Positions 17,483 to 26,229 of a stretch of 27,392 nt of DNA are shown here, one piece after another. The stretch is from Pseudomonadota bacterium. Its GTDB lineage: Bacteria > UBA10199 > 2-02-FULL-44-16 > JAAZCA01. Every line of letters begins with the position of its first letter. The first letter of the stretch is position 1. The notes beneath the pieces are model-generated. The model ran no database searches and had not been told where the DNA came from. It saw only the letters and a program-made list of their open reading frames with translations. The translations under genes were made by a program, and so were the position numbers. The stretch is taken from positions 1 to 27,392 of the forward strand of contig JAZDOG010000023.1 of the NCBI GenBank assembly GCA_043798915.1. The letters run 5' to 3'.

Positions 17483-17680
17483 CAGAAGCCTCCTTTGGTT
17501 TAGTCCTTAAGGGTCCCTCGTGCCGCTCATCCTGAAGCCCCCGGCCAATTCCGGGGCAGGCCCAAGCGGAACCAAAGGGAGAGACCTTTGAGGGTTTTCC
17601 GCGCGCTTCAGGATGCGAAGTCCGCGGATTTCATTAACAAAAAGCTGGGCTGCCTTAACACGCTGATTCTCCGGATGCAA
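17483..17680 (-). promoter_or_regulatory. rpsB promoter and structured 5' leader (possible S2 autoregulatory element)
   Basis: TTGCAT-N17-TAAGGC with TGn extension (17680-17652). Perfect 11-bp IR CATCCTGAAGC (17528-17538) / GCTTCAGGATG (17605-17615). rpsB leaders are commonly structured. Confidence 0.5.
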
Positions 17681-17780
17681 GGGGAAATCAAAATGCCGAC
17701 CTTGATTTGCCAACCCATCTGAGGCATCCTCTCCCCCATCTGGAAGTCGCTCCGCCTGACGGAATTAAGGAGAATGCGAT

Positions 17781-18536
17781 ATGAAATATATTATAAATAT
17801 AGCTATACTATCATCATTTATCTTATGTTTTACATTAAGTCAGGCGACTGCGGCCAGCGACTACCAGCTCTACCTCAAATCCGGCGACCGATCGCCCAAG
17901 TGGAACGAATTCATCGAGCCGGGCTTCCAGTCCTTCGACAGCGGAAACTACGCCACCTCCTATGTCTTCCTGCACCGGGCCTATGACCTCGGCTGCCGCG
18001 ACGGCCTCCTCCTTTTCCGCCTCGGCATCTTCAGGGAAACACAGGGGCAGTACAAAGAGGCGGCTGACATCCTCGCGCAGGCCGCGGAGAAGATTCCGCA
18101 GCAGTATCCGAACCATCCCCTGATAAAGTCGATCCACGAACACGCCGGCCGGGTCCTCTATCAGGCCGACGACTACGACCGCGCCCTCCCCGAACTCAAA
18201 AAGGCGATCGAGTCCGCGCCGGACAATTTCATGCTCCTCTTCATGGCCGGCCAGATATCGAGGATCAAAAAGCAATATGCCGAGGCAAAGGAACTCTTCG
18301 AGCGTGCCCTCAAGGCACCGCTGCCCGCGGGGGCGCCGGATGCCAGACCCAAGGTGCTCAAAGAGCTGATGATCCTCTCCTGTGAGCTCAAGGAACTCGA
18401 TGCCTGTCTGTCCTATTCCGTTCAGGTCCTGGCCGCAGCGCCGCAGGACGCCACCGCAATCTCCTACAAGCAGAAGATCGAGCAGGAACGAATCAAGCAG
18501 CATGAACGAGAGATAATGGAAAAGATGGTGAAGTAA
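17781..18536 (+). CDS. Secreted/periplasmic TPR protein
   Basis: Signal peptide ending ATA-A. TPR helices (LFRLGIFRETQGQYKEAA, AGRVLYQADDYDRALPELKKAIESAPDN). AAGGAG RBS. Confidence 0.85.
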   Translation: MKYIINIAILSSFILCFTLSQATAASDYQLYLKSGDRSPKWNEFIEPGFQSFDSGNYATSYVFLHRAYDLGCRDGLLLFRLGIFRETQGQYKEAADILAQAAEKIPQQYPNHPLIKSIHEHAGRVLYQADDYDRALPELKKAIESAPDNFMLLFMAGQISRIKKQYAEAKELFERALKAPLPAGAPDARPKVLKELMILSCELKELDACLSYSVQVLAAAPQDATAISYKQKIEQERIKQHEREIMEKMVK

Positions 18537-18575
18537 AAAATCAGCCCCGGGGTGCAGACTTCACACGCCCGGGGC
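18535..18575 (-). terminator. Intrinsic terminator for the giant minus-strand gene
   Basis: GCCCCGGG (18544-18551) / CCCGGGGC (18568-18575) stem, followed on the minus strand by TGATTTTTT. Lies between convergent genes. Confidence 0.65.
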
Positions 18576-18669
18576 CTCTTGGGGGAGTCAATTTTCCCAT
18601 TCTACTACACCCTTACAGCATCCCTCCTACATGCCCGCCGACTCCTCGGCAGCGGGTCCCAAACAGGGG

Positions 18670-21600
18670 TTATCCCCTCCGCCTGCGGGCGACCATCGGC
18701 ACGAGGCCGGCGAGCAGCGCCGCGAGCGAGATGATGCTTCCTGACGAGCCTCCCGCGCCTGCGACCAGCGAACAGCCATGGTCTGCCTGCGTCGCATGAT
18801 CGATGTTCGCCAGGTTGAAGTATCCGCCGCTGTACATCGCGTCCTTGTCATTCGTCCCGTCGAAGTTGGAATCCGGGAGCCTTGGATCAGTCTCGGCCCA
18901 GGTTGCATCCGCCTTCTGGTCGCGAACTCCGTTGCAGTTCATATCTTCGCCGGTTCCAGTGACGTTGCCGTCGGGCAGGCCGTCGCCGTCAGTGTCCGGG
19001 TTGTTGGCATCCGTGTCGGACGCTGTCAGCTTGCCGCCAAAGTCGGGTTGATGAATCTCGCCGAAGCTCCAGACCTTCGCGCCCGTGCTGTCGGTGATAT
19101 TCGACGGGCCATCCGGGATGCAGTCGCCATCCGTGTCGGCCTTGTTCGGATTCGTGCCGTATGCCTTCTCCATGCCGTCGTTCAGGCCGTCATGCTCCGT
19201 GTCCCCATCGAGCGGGTTCGTGTCGCCGCGGAGAGGCAGGACGGCGCAATCATGGTACATTGCCCACTGAATTTCCTCGCCATTGTGGAGGTTATCTCCG
19301 TCGGCGTCCTTCTGGCCGGCCGGAAGGCCGAGCTTCGTCTGGCACCAATCCGGGAGGCCGTCGCCGTCGCCATCGGTGCCGTTGCTCGTGTCGATGTCCG
19401 CACTCGTTGCGTTGGCGGGCTTGTCCTTCATCGTCTTCGGCGTCTTGCCGTCGCTCTGCATCTGGCCGCTGCCAGCGCAGCTCTGATCTTTGTTGAGGGC
19501 GCAGCCGATCTTCTCATCCTTGTCCCATACAGTATCGTTGTCGGCGTCGTGCATGCAGGGGTTGGAGTCGTACTGCCTGATGAAGCCTCCGGCGTACTCC
19601 TGCGAATCCAGGAGGCCGTCGCCATCGCTGTCGCCCGATCTCGGATTCGAGATGCTCGGCACGCCTACTCCCGCGGGCGGGGTCGTGATGTACCCTTTCT
19701 GTATGGCTCCGCCGGTTGCGCGCTTCGTCGCATCCCAGCTGAGCTCCGCGTTGTCGGCCAGGCCGTCGCCATCGGTGTCCTTCTCGGTCGGGTCAGTGTC
19801 GACGGTCACGGCGTTCGCGCAACCATCCTGACCCGTGATGTTGTCCTCTTTCCCGTTTGCGTCGCTCTGGCCGAGCTGGAACCCAGGCACGCCGTCGCGA
19901 TTTTCATCGCCGTCCATGATTGTATCGCCGTCCGTGTCCGGATCCTGCGGGTTCGTGTACACGCCCTTGCCGCTCTCCTGTTTGACCGCCTTCGCCTTCT
20001 CAAACTGGTCGTTCAGACTGTCGCCGTCTGTATCCTGCATCAGCGGATCGGTCTCAATCGTGGCCATGATATCGTCGGTGATGTAGCTCTTGATATGGCC
20101 GACCTTGTCGACGCTGCCGTTTCTGTTCACATCCTCCTGCGCATCGGTCAGTCCATCCCCGTCGCGGTCGAAGAAGCAGGCCAGCGTGCTGTTGTTGGCG
20201 GGGTTGACGTATATCTTGCGGACCTGATCGAGGCTGCTTCCGCAGCTGTAAGATGTCTTGCCCGCCACGAAGCCGTCGGTTGCTGACGTATTGCCCACCA
20301 TCGGGCAGACATCCTCGCCCTTGTAGCCCGGGGGCACCACGTTGTTCTTCCCGCGGCCGTCGATGAAGAGATCGCCGTCGCTGTCGGAGTTGTTCGGCTT
20401 CAAACCCGTCTCATTCAGCTTCGGATCGCACTTGCCGTTCGGACTCTCGATTATGTCCGGAATTCCGTCGCCGTCCGTGTCCGCCGCGAACTTTGCAATC
20501 TCGTCGCAGGGAAGCTCGAAGATGTCGGCTATGTTAGCGTCTTTGCCTTTGGTGCCGTCGGTGGCGTCCTTCTCGCCGACGACGAACTTTCCGTCCTTGT
20601 CCTGCAGGAGCGTCCTGATCTTTCCATCCATGCGCAATCCGTTCGGCTGCCCGTTCTGATCCCACACCACGTAGTCGGGGCTCACCGTGAAGAAGATCAT
20701 GCCGTCGCTGCACGGTGCGTCGCCCTTGCAATCATTGTTGAGGTCCGTGATCGTCGGGCACTTGTCCTGCTCACTTTTAGGATTGCACGATTTTGTCTGC
20801 AATCCTTTTCCCAGGATGTCGTCGTCTACGCCATCTGTGCCGCAGTCGCTGCCGCATGAAGGCCCGTCGCAGAATTGATCCCCATCCGTATCGCGCTTGA
20901 ACGGGTTGAGTTCGCCGTTCCCGGTCGCACTTGAATATTTCCCGTCGAAGTTTTCCGGGGAGGCGAGCGACGAGTTCTTGCAGGCCAGGACATGGATATC
21001 GCACTTGCTGGCGTCAAAACCGGCCGGGAGGTCCGTCAGGAGCTGCCCGCCCTCAAGCATCTTGGGATCGCTTCCGGTGCACATCATATACATGTTGTAC
21101 TGGATGCCGAGCGACTTGCCCTGGGGATCCGTCTGGTCGCAGGGTATGGGCCCGTTTTTGGCGACGTTCGGGTAGCGCTGGCCGGAAGAAACTGCGTTGT
21201 CGAACCAGTAGAGGTAGCTCGGCGTCGTCCAGTTGCCGTTGACCGAAACCATCGCGGCCAGCGCCTGGTTGCGATCCTCCATGCCGTCTATCTTGCCGTC
21301 GCCGTCGGAGTCGTTGTTGACCGCGTCGTAACAGATGTGGCTGGGGCTGCCACAATTCACCTGCGGCGCGCCTTTCACCGTATAGTGGTTCCAGGGCGTC
21401 ACACCGCCTGTAAATTTGGTATTGTCGCAAATCGCCGTTTTCGCCAGCTGGATGACGTTGGTCGTCTTGTCATACGTGAGGCAGCCCTTCGGAGGAAGCG
21501 CCTCGGCGCCGTCCGGGACGCCGTCGGTGTCGGTGTCGGGCTTATACCAGCAGGTCTCGCCGGGATCGCATGAGCAGTCCAGGTTTATATCCTCATCGTC

Positions 21601-23007
21601 ATCCTGGATGCTGTCGCCGTCGGTGTCAAATTTGGGATTGAACGCCTTCGGCCGCCTGCCAGTGGTGATGTTAATATTTGCCAGGCACTCGCGTATCGAC
21701 ACAAAGCCGGTCGATTTGATATGTTTTAACTTGCCGGCACCGCCGCTGCCGCCATTGCCGCCGCCGTTCCCCGCCGTGCCAGCCTCATGCAGGCCATCGT
21801 CGCCGCGCTCCCACGAGTTGCAGGGCCCGGGGCCGGATGAGGCATCCCTCGGTGGCATCATCGGGCGGCCGACCCTGCCATCTGTCCCCTCGGGAACGAG
21901 GGTGAACCGGCCGGCTGATTTGGGGATGTTGAAGGCGAAATAACCGGTGTCGCCCAGGTATTCGCCTGTGCCCGTCGTTTGGTTGGAACCCATCCCCATG
22001 TCGCCGCCATCGGGCATTGCGCCAACGTATCCGTAAAAACCGGTTCCGTTGTATATCTGCAGGCGCTTGACCTTGGTGCTGAACCCGAAATCGGCCTCCG
22101 AAGCGTCGCTTGCGGGAAGGTCCTTTGAAGACTCCACCACCCAGCCCCTCACGAATATCTTGTCCGGGTCTTCCGCTGGGAGGCCCACCTTCACGCACAC
22201 CTGCGTCTGTGACTTGCTGTAGAAAAACTTGTCGATGCTCCCTTCGATCAGGAGCCTGCCCGCGCCGGCAGGCGGGAGCTGAAGGCCGTCCGCGTCGGTG
22301 TCGTCGAGCGTCGTGCCGGCCGCCAGCGCCAGCGGCTGAAGGATGTTCCTGCTGCCGACAACGTTATCGGACTCATCGCCAAAGTTGATCGCAAACAGAC
22401 TCGCGCTCTTGATGTTGGTCGGCGCAGCGATGACATTGTTGATCGCATCTGTGGTGTTGCCGAAGCTGACGCCGTTATCGCCGCCTCTGGTAGTCACGTT
22501 TTCAATCCGGCCGCTGTCCTTGACCATGCAGACGGCATCATAGCCCGAAGGGACGCTGTTTATCGTCAAGTTCTTGACTGTGACGTACTGGCCGGAGATG
22601 AGGACCACGCACTTGGACTTGGCCTGCTTATTGGTGGCCACCAGAGCGGCATCAAGCACGACGCCGCCGCCGTCGATGACGTAGGGGTTAGCGGCGCTGG
22701 CGCCGAGCATATCCGCATAGAACGAGATGGGGCCCAGCATCTTGATCGACGGCACCTTGATGTTGATTCCCTTCTTGCAGCCGTAGAGGTTCGGGTCGCC
22801 ATGGTTTGCGACCGCAAACGCGGCATAGGGGAGAGTGAGGCCGCCGGTCGAACCGGCCATCGCCCAGACCTGGGACGTGACGTCGCAGTAGTCCGTCTGG
22901 ACCAGCGGCTGAACGCCGGCAGCATGGGCGCTGCGCCCGACTGCCGCGAGAGAAGCGACGGCTATCAGGACGCCTGCGATCACATTGAGAATCTTCGTGG
23001 TCTTCAT
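18670..23007 (-). CDS. Giant surface protein (1445 aa): beta-helix-like N-terminus, thrombospondin type-3-like DxDxDG repeats, MYXO-CTERM-like tail
   Basis: Signal peptide ending AHA-A and GGAGG RBS. About 18 D-[TSA]-D-x-D-x-x-x-D repeats with interspersed Cys, several preceded by ETDP/TNP. Tail GCSLVAGAGGSSGS-hydrophobic helix-RRRRG. Confidence 0.88.
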   Translation of the reverse strand: MKTTKILNVIAGVLIAVASLAAVGRSAHAAGVQPLVQTDYCDVTSQVWAMAGSTGGLTLPYAAFAVANHGDPNLYGCKKGINIKVPSIKMLGPISFYADMLGASAANPYVIDGGGVVLDAALVATNKQAKSKCVVLISGQYVTVKNLTINSVPSGYDAVCMVKDSGRIENVTTRGGDNGVSFGNTTDAINNVIAAPTNIKSASLFAINFGDESDNVVGSRNILQPLALAAGTTLDDTDADGLQLPPAGAGRLLIEGSIDKFFYSKSQTQVCVKVGLPAEDPDKIFVRGWVVESSKDLPASDASEADFGFSTKVKRLQIYNGTGFYGYVGAMPDGGDMGMGSNQTTGTGEYLGDTGYFAFNIPKSAGRFTLVPEGTDGRVGRPMMPPRDASSGPGPCNSWERGDDGLHEAGTAGNGGGNGGSGGAGKLKHIKSTGFVSIRECLANINITTGRRPKAFNPKFDTDGDSIQDDDEDINLDCSCDPGETCWYKPDTDTDGVPDGAEALPPKGCLTYDKTTNVIQLAKTAICDNTKFTGGVTPWNHYTVKGAPQVNCGSPSHICYDAVNNDSDGDGKIDGMEDRNQALAAMVSVNGNWTTPSYLYWFDNAVSSGQRYPNVAKNGPIPCDQTDPQGKSLGIQYNMYMMCTGSDPKMLEGGQLLTDLPAGFDASKCDIHVLACKNSSLASPENFDGKYSSATGNGELNPFKRDTDGDQFCDGPSCGSDCGTDGVDDDILGKGLQTKSCNPKSEQDKCPTITDLNNDCKGDAPCSDGMIFFTVSPDYVVWDQNGQPNGLRMDGKIRTLLQDKDGKFVVGEKDATDGTKGKDANIADIFELPCDEIAKFAADTDGDGIPDIIESPNGKCDPKLNETGLKPNNSDSDGDLFIDGRGKNNVVPPGYKGEDVCPMVGNTSATDGFVAGKTSYSCGSSLDQVRKIYVNPANNSTLACFFDRDGDGLTDAQEDVNRNGSVDKVGHIKSYITDDIMATIETDPLMQDTDGDSLNDQFEKAKAVKQESGKGVYTNPQDPDTDGDTIMDGDENRDGVPGFQLGQSDANGKEDNITGQDGCANAVTVDTDPTEKDTDGDGLADNAELSWDATKRATGGAIQKGYITTPPAGVGVPSISNPRSGDSDGDGLLDSQEYAGGFIRQYDSNPCMHDADNDTVWDKDEKIGCALNKDQSCAGSGQMQSDGKTPKTMKDKPANATSADIDTSNGTDGDGDGLPDWCQTKLGLPAGQKDADGDNLHNGEEIQWAMYHDCAVLPLRGDTNPLDGDTEHDGLNDGMEKAYGTNPNKADTDGDCIPDGPSNITDSTGAKVWSFGEIHQPDFGGKLTASDTDANNPDTDGDGLPDGNVTGTGEDMNCNGVRDQKADATWAETDPRLPDSNFDGTNDKDAMYSGGYFNLANIDHATQADHGCSLVAGAGGSSGSIISLAALLAGLVPMVARRRRG

Positions 23008-23052
23008 CTTGAACCTCCCGATTTACTCCCCCCGGCAAGTATGTTGTTTATG

Positions 23053-24633
23053 TCAGTCATTGGATGCATCATCCTCTGGAGGCGGCAACACCTCTGGTCC
23101 CGGTTTAGGAACTCTCCTGAATATCTTCGGCTCTTCGGCGGCACTCTTCGGTCCACCATCAAAATAGCCGCCGATGAGGAACCTCAGGCCGAAGCCGTAA
23201 AAAAAGCCCATTCCGGGAAGATCCGGCACCGCGCCGGCAGCGGCTGGCTGCGAATTGTAGAGCTGCGAACTCAAGCTGCCGCCGACATTAAAGAATGGCT
23301 CGATGATCAGATTGTCGCCAACTCTTACATCGAGAAAGATTTCGCCTTTGGGCGTAACGTCGAGATACGCGAACTGCTTGTTGCAGAGCATCTGGCTGTT
23401 GGCCGTCTTGATGGACGGACAGCTTTCCGATCCATCGGGAGATGTCACTTTGTCGCCGCTGCTGTAGGAATCCAGGCCGGTCCATCCGACGCCCAGCAGG
23501 CCGGCGACGCCGACCGCTCCCCAGCTGAACTGGTAGCTGAGCCTCAGCCCTATCTCGCCTCTTATGCTCATAACGTTTGCGGGCCTCGCGGTGATCGACT
23601 GATTCGGATCGACGGGATTGCTGGTGAAGTAGTAATCGAGCGCGGCGCCAACTCTGAAGCCAATGCCGAATCCGTTCGCCCTTCGTTTGTCGAGAACAAG
23701 GCCGGCGCCAATATTCACACCGCCATTGATCGAGGTCTGCAGACTATCGCTTGACAAGCCTCCGCCGCTGCCGTCGCACAGGCCCGTATCCTGGCAGAAT
23801 TTGCTGCCGTCTGTGGTGGTGGTATCCCCTCCAACCTGCTGATGGTTGCGATCACTGCCCAGAGAGCGATTGCCGCCGCCGACGTCGATATATCCGCCCA
23901 CAAAGGTGCTGTTTTCATGTGCGTCGACCTCTTTCGGCGGAACATGGAATTTTTTGAAGACGTCCATGTATTTTTTTTGACTAATGCCATTGTCACGCAG
24001 TTCCTTCCTGACTGATTTCGGGAGTTCTTCCCAGCTGACCATCTGTTCTTTATCTGCGAACTCCGCCCTCGCTCTCTTCTCGCTCATGTCATCAGGCCGA
24101 TTGGCTTTTTCAGCCAGGGCCATGTTGATTATCTCTATTATAGACGCCCTGTTCTTCTCCATACTGGACGCCTGAACTTCGGATTTTGATCCTGTCATTG
24201 TTATTTCCGGGCGCCCGCTTCCGATCTCGTCATCCGACCCTTCTTCGTCTTCTGCCTCCGGCTTCCTGCCGTGAGACACCTTTGGCCCTTTTTGTCCTTT
24301 TGGAGCGGGCTTGGATCCTTCATCTTCAGCAGGAGGGGGATAGGCAGCCTTAATTTTACCCGCATCGCCTGATTCGATCGCCTTGAGGCGCGCAAATTGC
24401 GCCTCGACTTTGGCCTTTGTTATCACCGGATCGGCCGCATCCGGCAGCCGGGTCACGTGATTAGCCTTGCAGGAAGCCACCTTTGCCGGTGTCGTCTGCT
24501 TTGCGCAGGCAGATTTAACAGCCGTCTCATAATCGGTCGCGTCTTTCTGGCAACTGGCGACATTTTCAGGAGAAAGTTTTCTATTCTCGCAATCGAGCCT
24601 GATGCCCGTGATCCCTCTGCCTGCCGCTATCAT
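23053..24633 (-). CDS. Hypothetical protein (526 aa): charged/Cys-containing N-terminal half and predicted C-terminal beta-barrel; no signal peptide
   Basis: ATG 24633 preceded by AAGGAGG. About eight Gly/aromatic amphipathic strands in the C-terminal half (e.g. GFGIGFRVGAALDYYF, IRGEIGLRLSYQF, FFYGFGLRFLIGGYF). Confidence 0.7.
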   Translation of the reverse strand: MIAAGRGITGIRLDCENRKLSPENVASCQKDATDYETAVKSACAKQTTPAKVASCKANHVTRLPDAADPVITKAKVEAQFARLKAIESGDAGKIKAAYPPPAEDEGSKPAPKGQKGPKVSHGRKPEAEDEEGSDDEIGSGRPEITMTGSKSEVQASSMEKNRASIIEIINMALAEKANRPDDMSEKRARAEFADKEQMVSWEELPKSVRKELRDNGISQKKYMDVFKKFHVPPKEVDAHENSTFVGGYIDVGGGNRSLGSDRNHQQVGGDTTTTDGSKFCQDTGLCDGSGGGLSSDSLQTSINGGVNIGAGLVLDKRRANGFGIGFRVGAALDYYFTSNPVDPNQSITARPANVMSIRGEIGLRLSYQFSWGAVGVAGLLGVGWTGLDSYSSGDKVTSPDGSESCPSIKTANSQMLCNKQFAYLDVTPKGEIFLDVRVGDNLIIEPFFNVGGSLSSQLYNSQPAAAGAVPDLPGMGFFYGFGLRFLIGGYFDGGPKSAAEEPKIFRRVPKPGPEVLPPPEDDASND

Positions 24634-24703
24634 AATGCCTCCTTGCCTTCTCCCCCGTGCCTTCTGGTCTGATGATTCTACTCCGTTTTCCTCTCCATCC
24701 TCA

Positions 24704-24730
24704 TTATCGGGTGATTTTTTGAAAAGTTGC
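24704..24730 (-). promoter_or_regulatory. Sigma28 (FliA)-like promoter
   Basis: Minus strand GCAACTTT-N11-CCCGATAA versus consensus TAAAGTTT-N11-GCCGATAA: -10 box 7/8, -35 box 5/8, exact spacing. Confidence 0.5.
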
Positions 24731-24932
24731 GTGGTTTTTGAGGGGATTTGTTTCGCCCCGCCCGCCCCAACCCAAAAAGGCATTATAATTCAATTAGTTG
24801 AATACACTAATAGGCACACCAAAAAACAGGCAGAAAATTTTTTTAAAATACGTTTTTTCCCTCTGCGTGTATTCAGGTGTAAGGCTGAAAAATCCTTGAA
24901 GGCCGGCACCCGCCATGATAGGAGCACGCACT

Positions 24933-25640
24933 ATGCTTCAAATCCGGCCAAAGACCTTTCTCATCATTACTGTCGCACTGACTGCCTCCTGCATCTTTTT
25001 TGGCTGTTCAGCAAACAAAGGCCGCCCTCCGGTCGCGGCCGGGACCGGCTGGAACATCGAGAAGCTGGTTGAGTCCGCGCGAAAGGCCGCCCTCTCGGCC
25101 TTGAGGGAGCAGAAGCGCGGGAGGTCCAGGGACTTTGCCGAACAGGGAATAGAGCTGGCCGAGCGCTGCCTGGCGACGGCGCCCGAGGAACCGGGTTGCT
25201 ACTACTGGCGAGCCGTGGCGACCGGCCTCTATTACCGCGCCCGCGTTATCGGCTATCAGCGCGGCGTAAAGAGGATGATCGAGGACTGCCACAAGGTGAT
25301 CGCCCTGGACGAGCGCTATGACAACGCCGGCGCCTGGCGGATTCTGGGCCAGCTCTACACGCAGCTCCCGCAGACCGGCGGCGCCGCGGACAGCATCACG
25401 CGAGACCTCGATCTGGCCGAAGAATCATTGAAGAAGGCCATCAGCATCGCGCCGGACTATCCCGAGAACCATATCGCACTCACGGAGACGCTTTTGGCCC
25501 AGGAGAAGTTCGAGGAGAGCGCCAAGACGCTCGAGGCTGCGATGAACCTCATGCCCCGCTGGAAGCGCGATGCATCTTATAATGAATGGCGCACACAGAT
25601 GGCTACGCTTTCGAAAAAAATAATTAAAACATATAAATAG
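24933..25640 (+). CDS. TPR-containing lipoprotein (possibly TatT-like)
   Basis: AGGAG 8 nt before ATG 24933. Hydrophobic leader with lipobox-like IFFG-C. Helical repeats (CYYWRAVATG, AGAWRILGQLYTQLP, LKKAISIAPDYPENH). Confidence 0.75.
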   Translation: MLQIRPKTFLIITVALTASCIFFGCSANKGRPPVAAGTGWNIEKLVESARKAALSALREQKRGRSRDFAEQGIELAERCLATAPEEPGCYYWRAVATGLYYRARVIGYQRGVKRMIEDCHKVIALDERYDNAGAWRILGQLYTQLPQTGGAADSITRDLDLAEESLKKAISIAPDYPENHIALTETLLAQEKFEESAKTLEAAMNLMPRWKRDASYNEWRTQMATLSKKIIKTYK

Positions 25641-25653
25641 ACATAATTTATTT

Positions 25654-25746
25654 CCCCCTCCTTTGTAAGGAGGGGATAGGGGAGGTAGATCAGCATTGAA
25701 TCAGCGGTCTACCCCACCCTGACCCTCCCCTTACAAAGGGGAGGGA
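25654..25746. repeat. Double-hairpin palindromic element, copy 3 (inverted relative to copies 1 and 2)
   Basis: CCCCTCCTTTGTAAGGAGGGG...GGTAGA-N18-TCTACCCCACCCTGACCCTCCCCTTACAAAGGGGAGGG. Confidence 0.92.
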
Positions 25747-25783
25747 ACACACTCATCAAACAACCAAACGAAGGGAGAATGCC

Positions 25784-26224
25784 ATGGCAAGCGTAAACAA
25801 AGTGATCCTCATCGGCAACCTGGGCGCTGATCCGGAAAAGCGCGTCACCGGCACCGGACAGGTCGTCACCAACTTCAACATCGCCACGACCGACCGCTGG
25901 ACCGACAAGAGCGGGCAGAAGCAGGAACGCACCGAGTGGCACAAGATAGTCGTCTGGGGCCCGCAGGCCGAGAACTGCGCGCAGTATCTTGCGAAGGGCC
26001 GCCCGGTCTATGTGGAGGGGCGCCTGCAGACGAGGCAGTGGGACGACAAGGAAGGCAACAAGCGCTACACGACCGAAGTAGTCGCCCAGCGCGTGCAGTT
26101 TCTGGGAGGCGCCACCGGAGAGCGCAAGCAGTCGCAGGATGGACAGCCAGCCGCGATCGGACCGGACCAGACCCCGGAACTCGACATGGGCGGCCCCGCC
26201 CCCGGCAGCGACGTGCCGTTTTAA
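25784..26224 (+). CDS. ssb: Single-stranded DNA-binding protein
   Basis: [48 protein letters not shown]-terminal DVPF. Confidence 0.97.
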   Translation: MASVNKVILIGNLGADPEKRVTGTGQVVTNFNIATTDRWTDKSGQKQERTEWHKIVVWGPQAENCAQYLAKGRPVYVEGRLQTRQWDDKEGNKRYTTEVVAQRVQFLGGATGERKQSQDGQPAAIGPDQTPELDMGGPAPGSDVPF

Positions 26225-26229
26225 AACAA

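Noticed and set aside
3790..17712. Recurring TTGATTTG[GC]C motif (near 3800 minus, 7283 plus, 17702 plus) as a regulator site
   Set aside because: It is short and non-palindromic, and can be explained as -35-like boxes or chance in AT-rich gaps.
18778..20286. 502-aa plus-strand ORF
   Set aside because: Antisense to the giant protein. Its Val/Ala repeats are just the mirror of the DxDGDG codons.
24634..24783. 50-aa N-terminal extension of the 576-aa ORF
   Set aside because: It has no RBS and spans the sigma28-like promoter. ATG 24633 has AAGGAGG. The extension supplies no signal peptide either.
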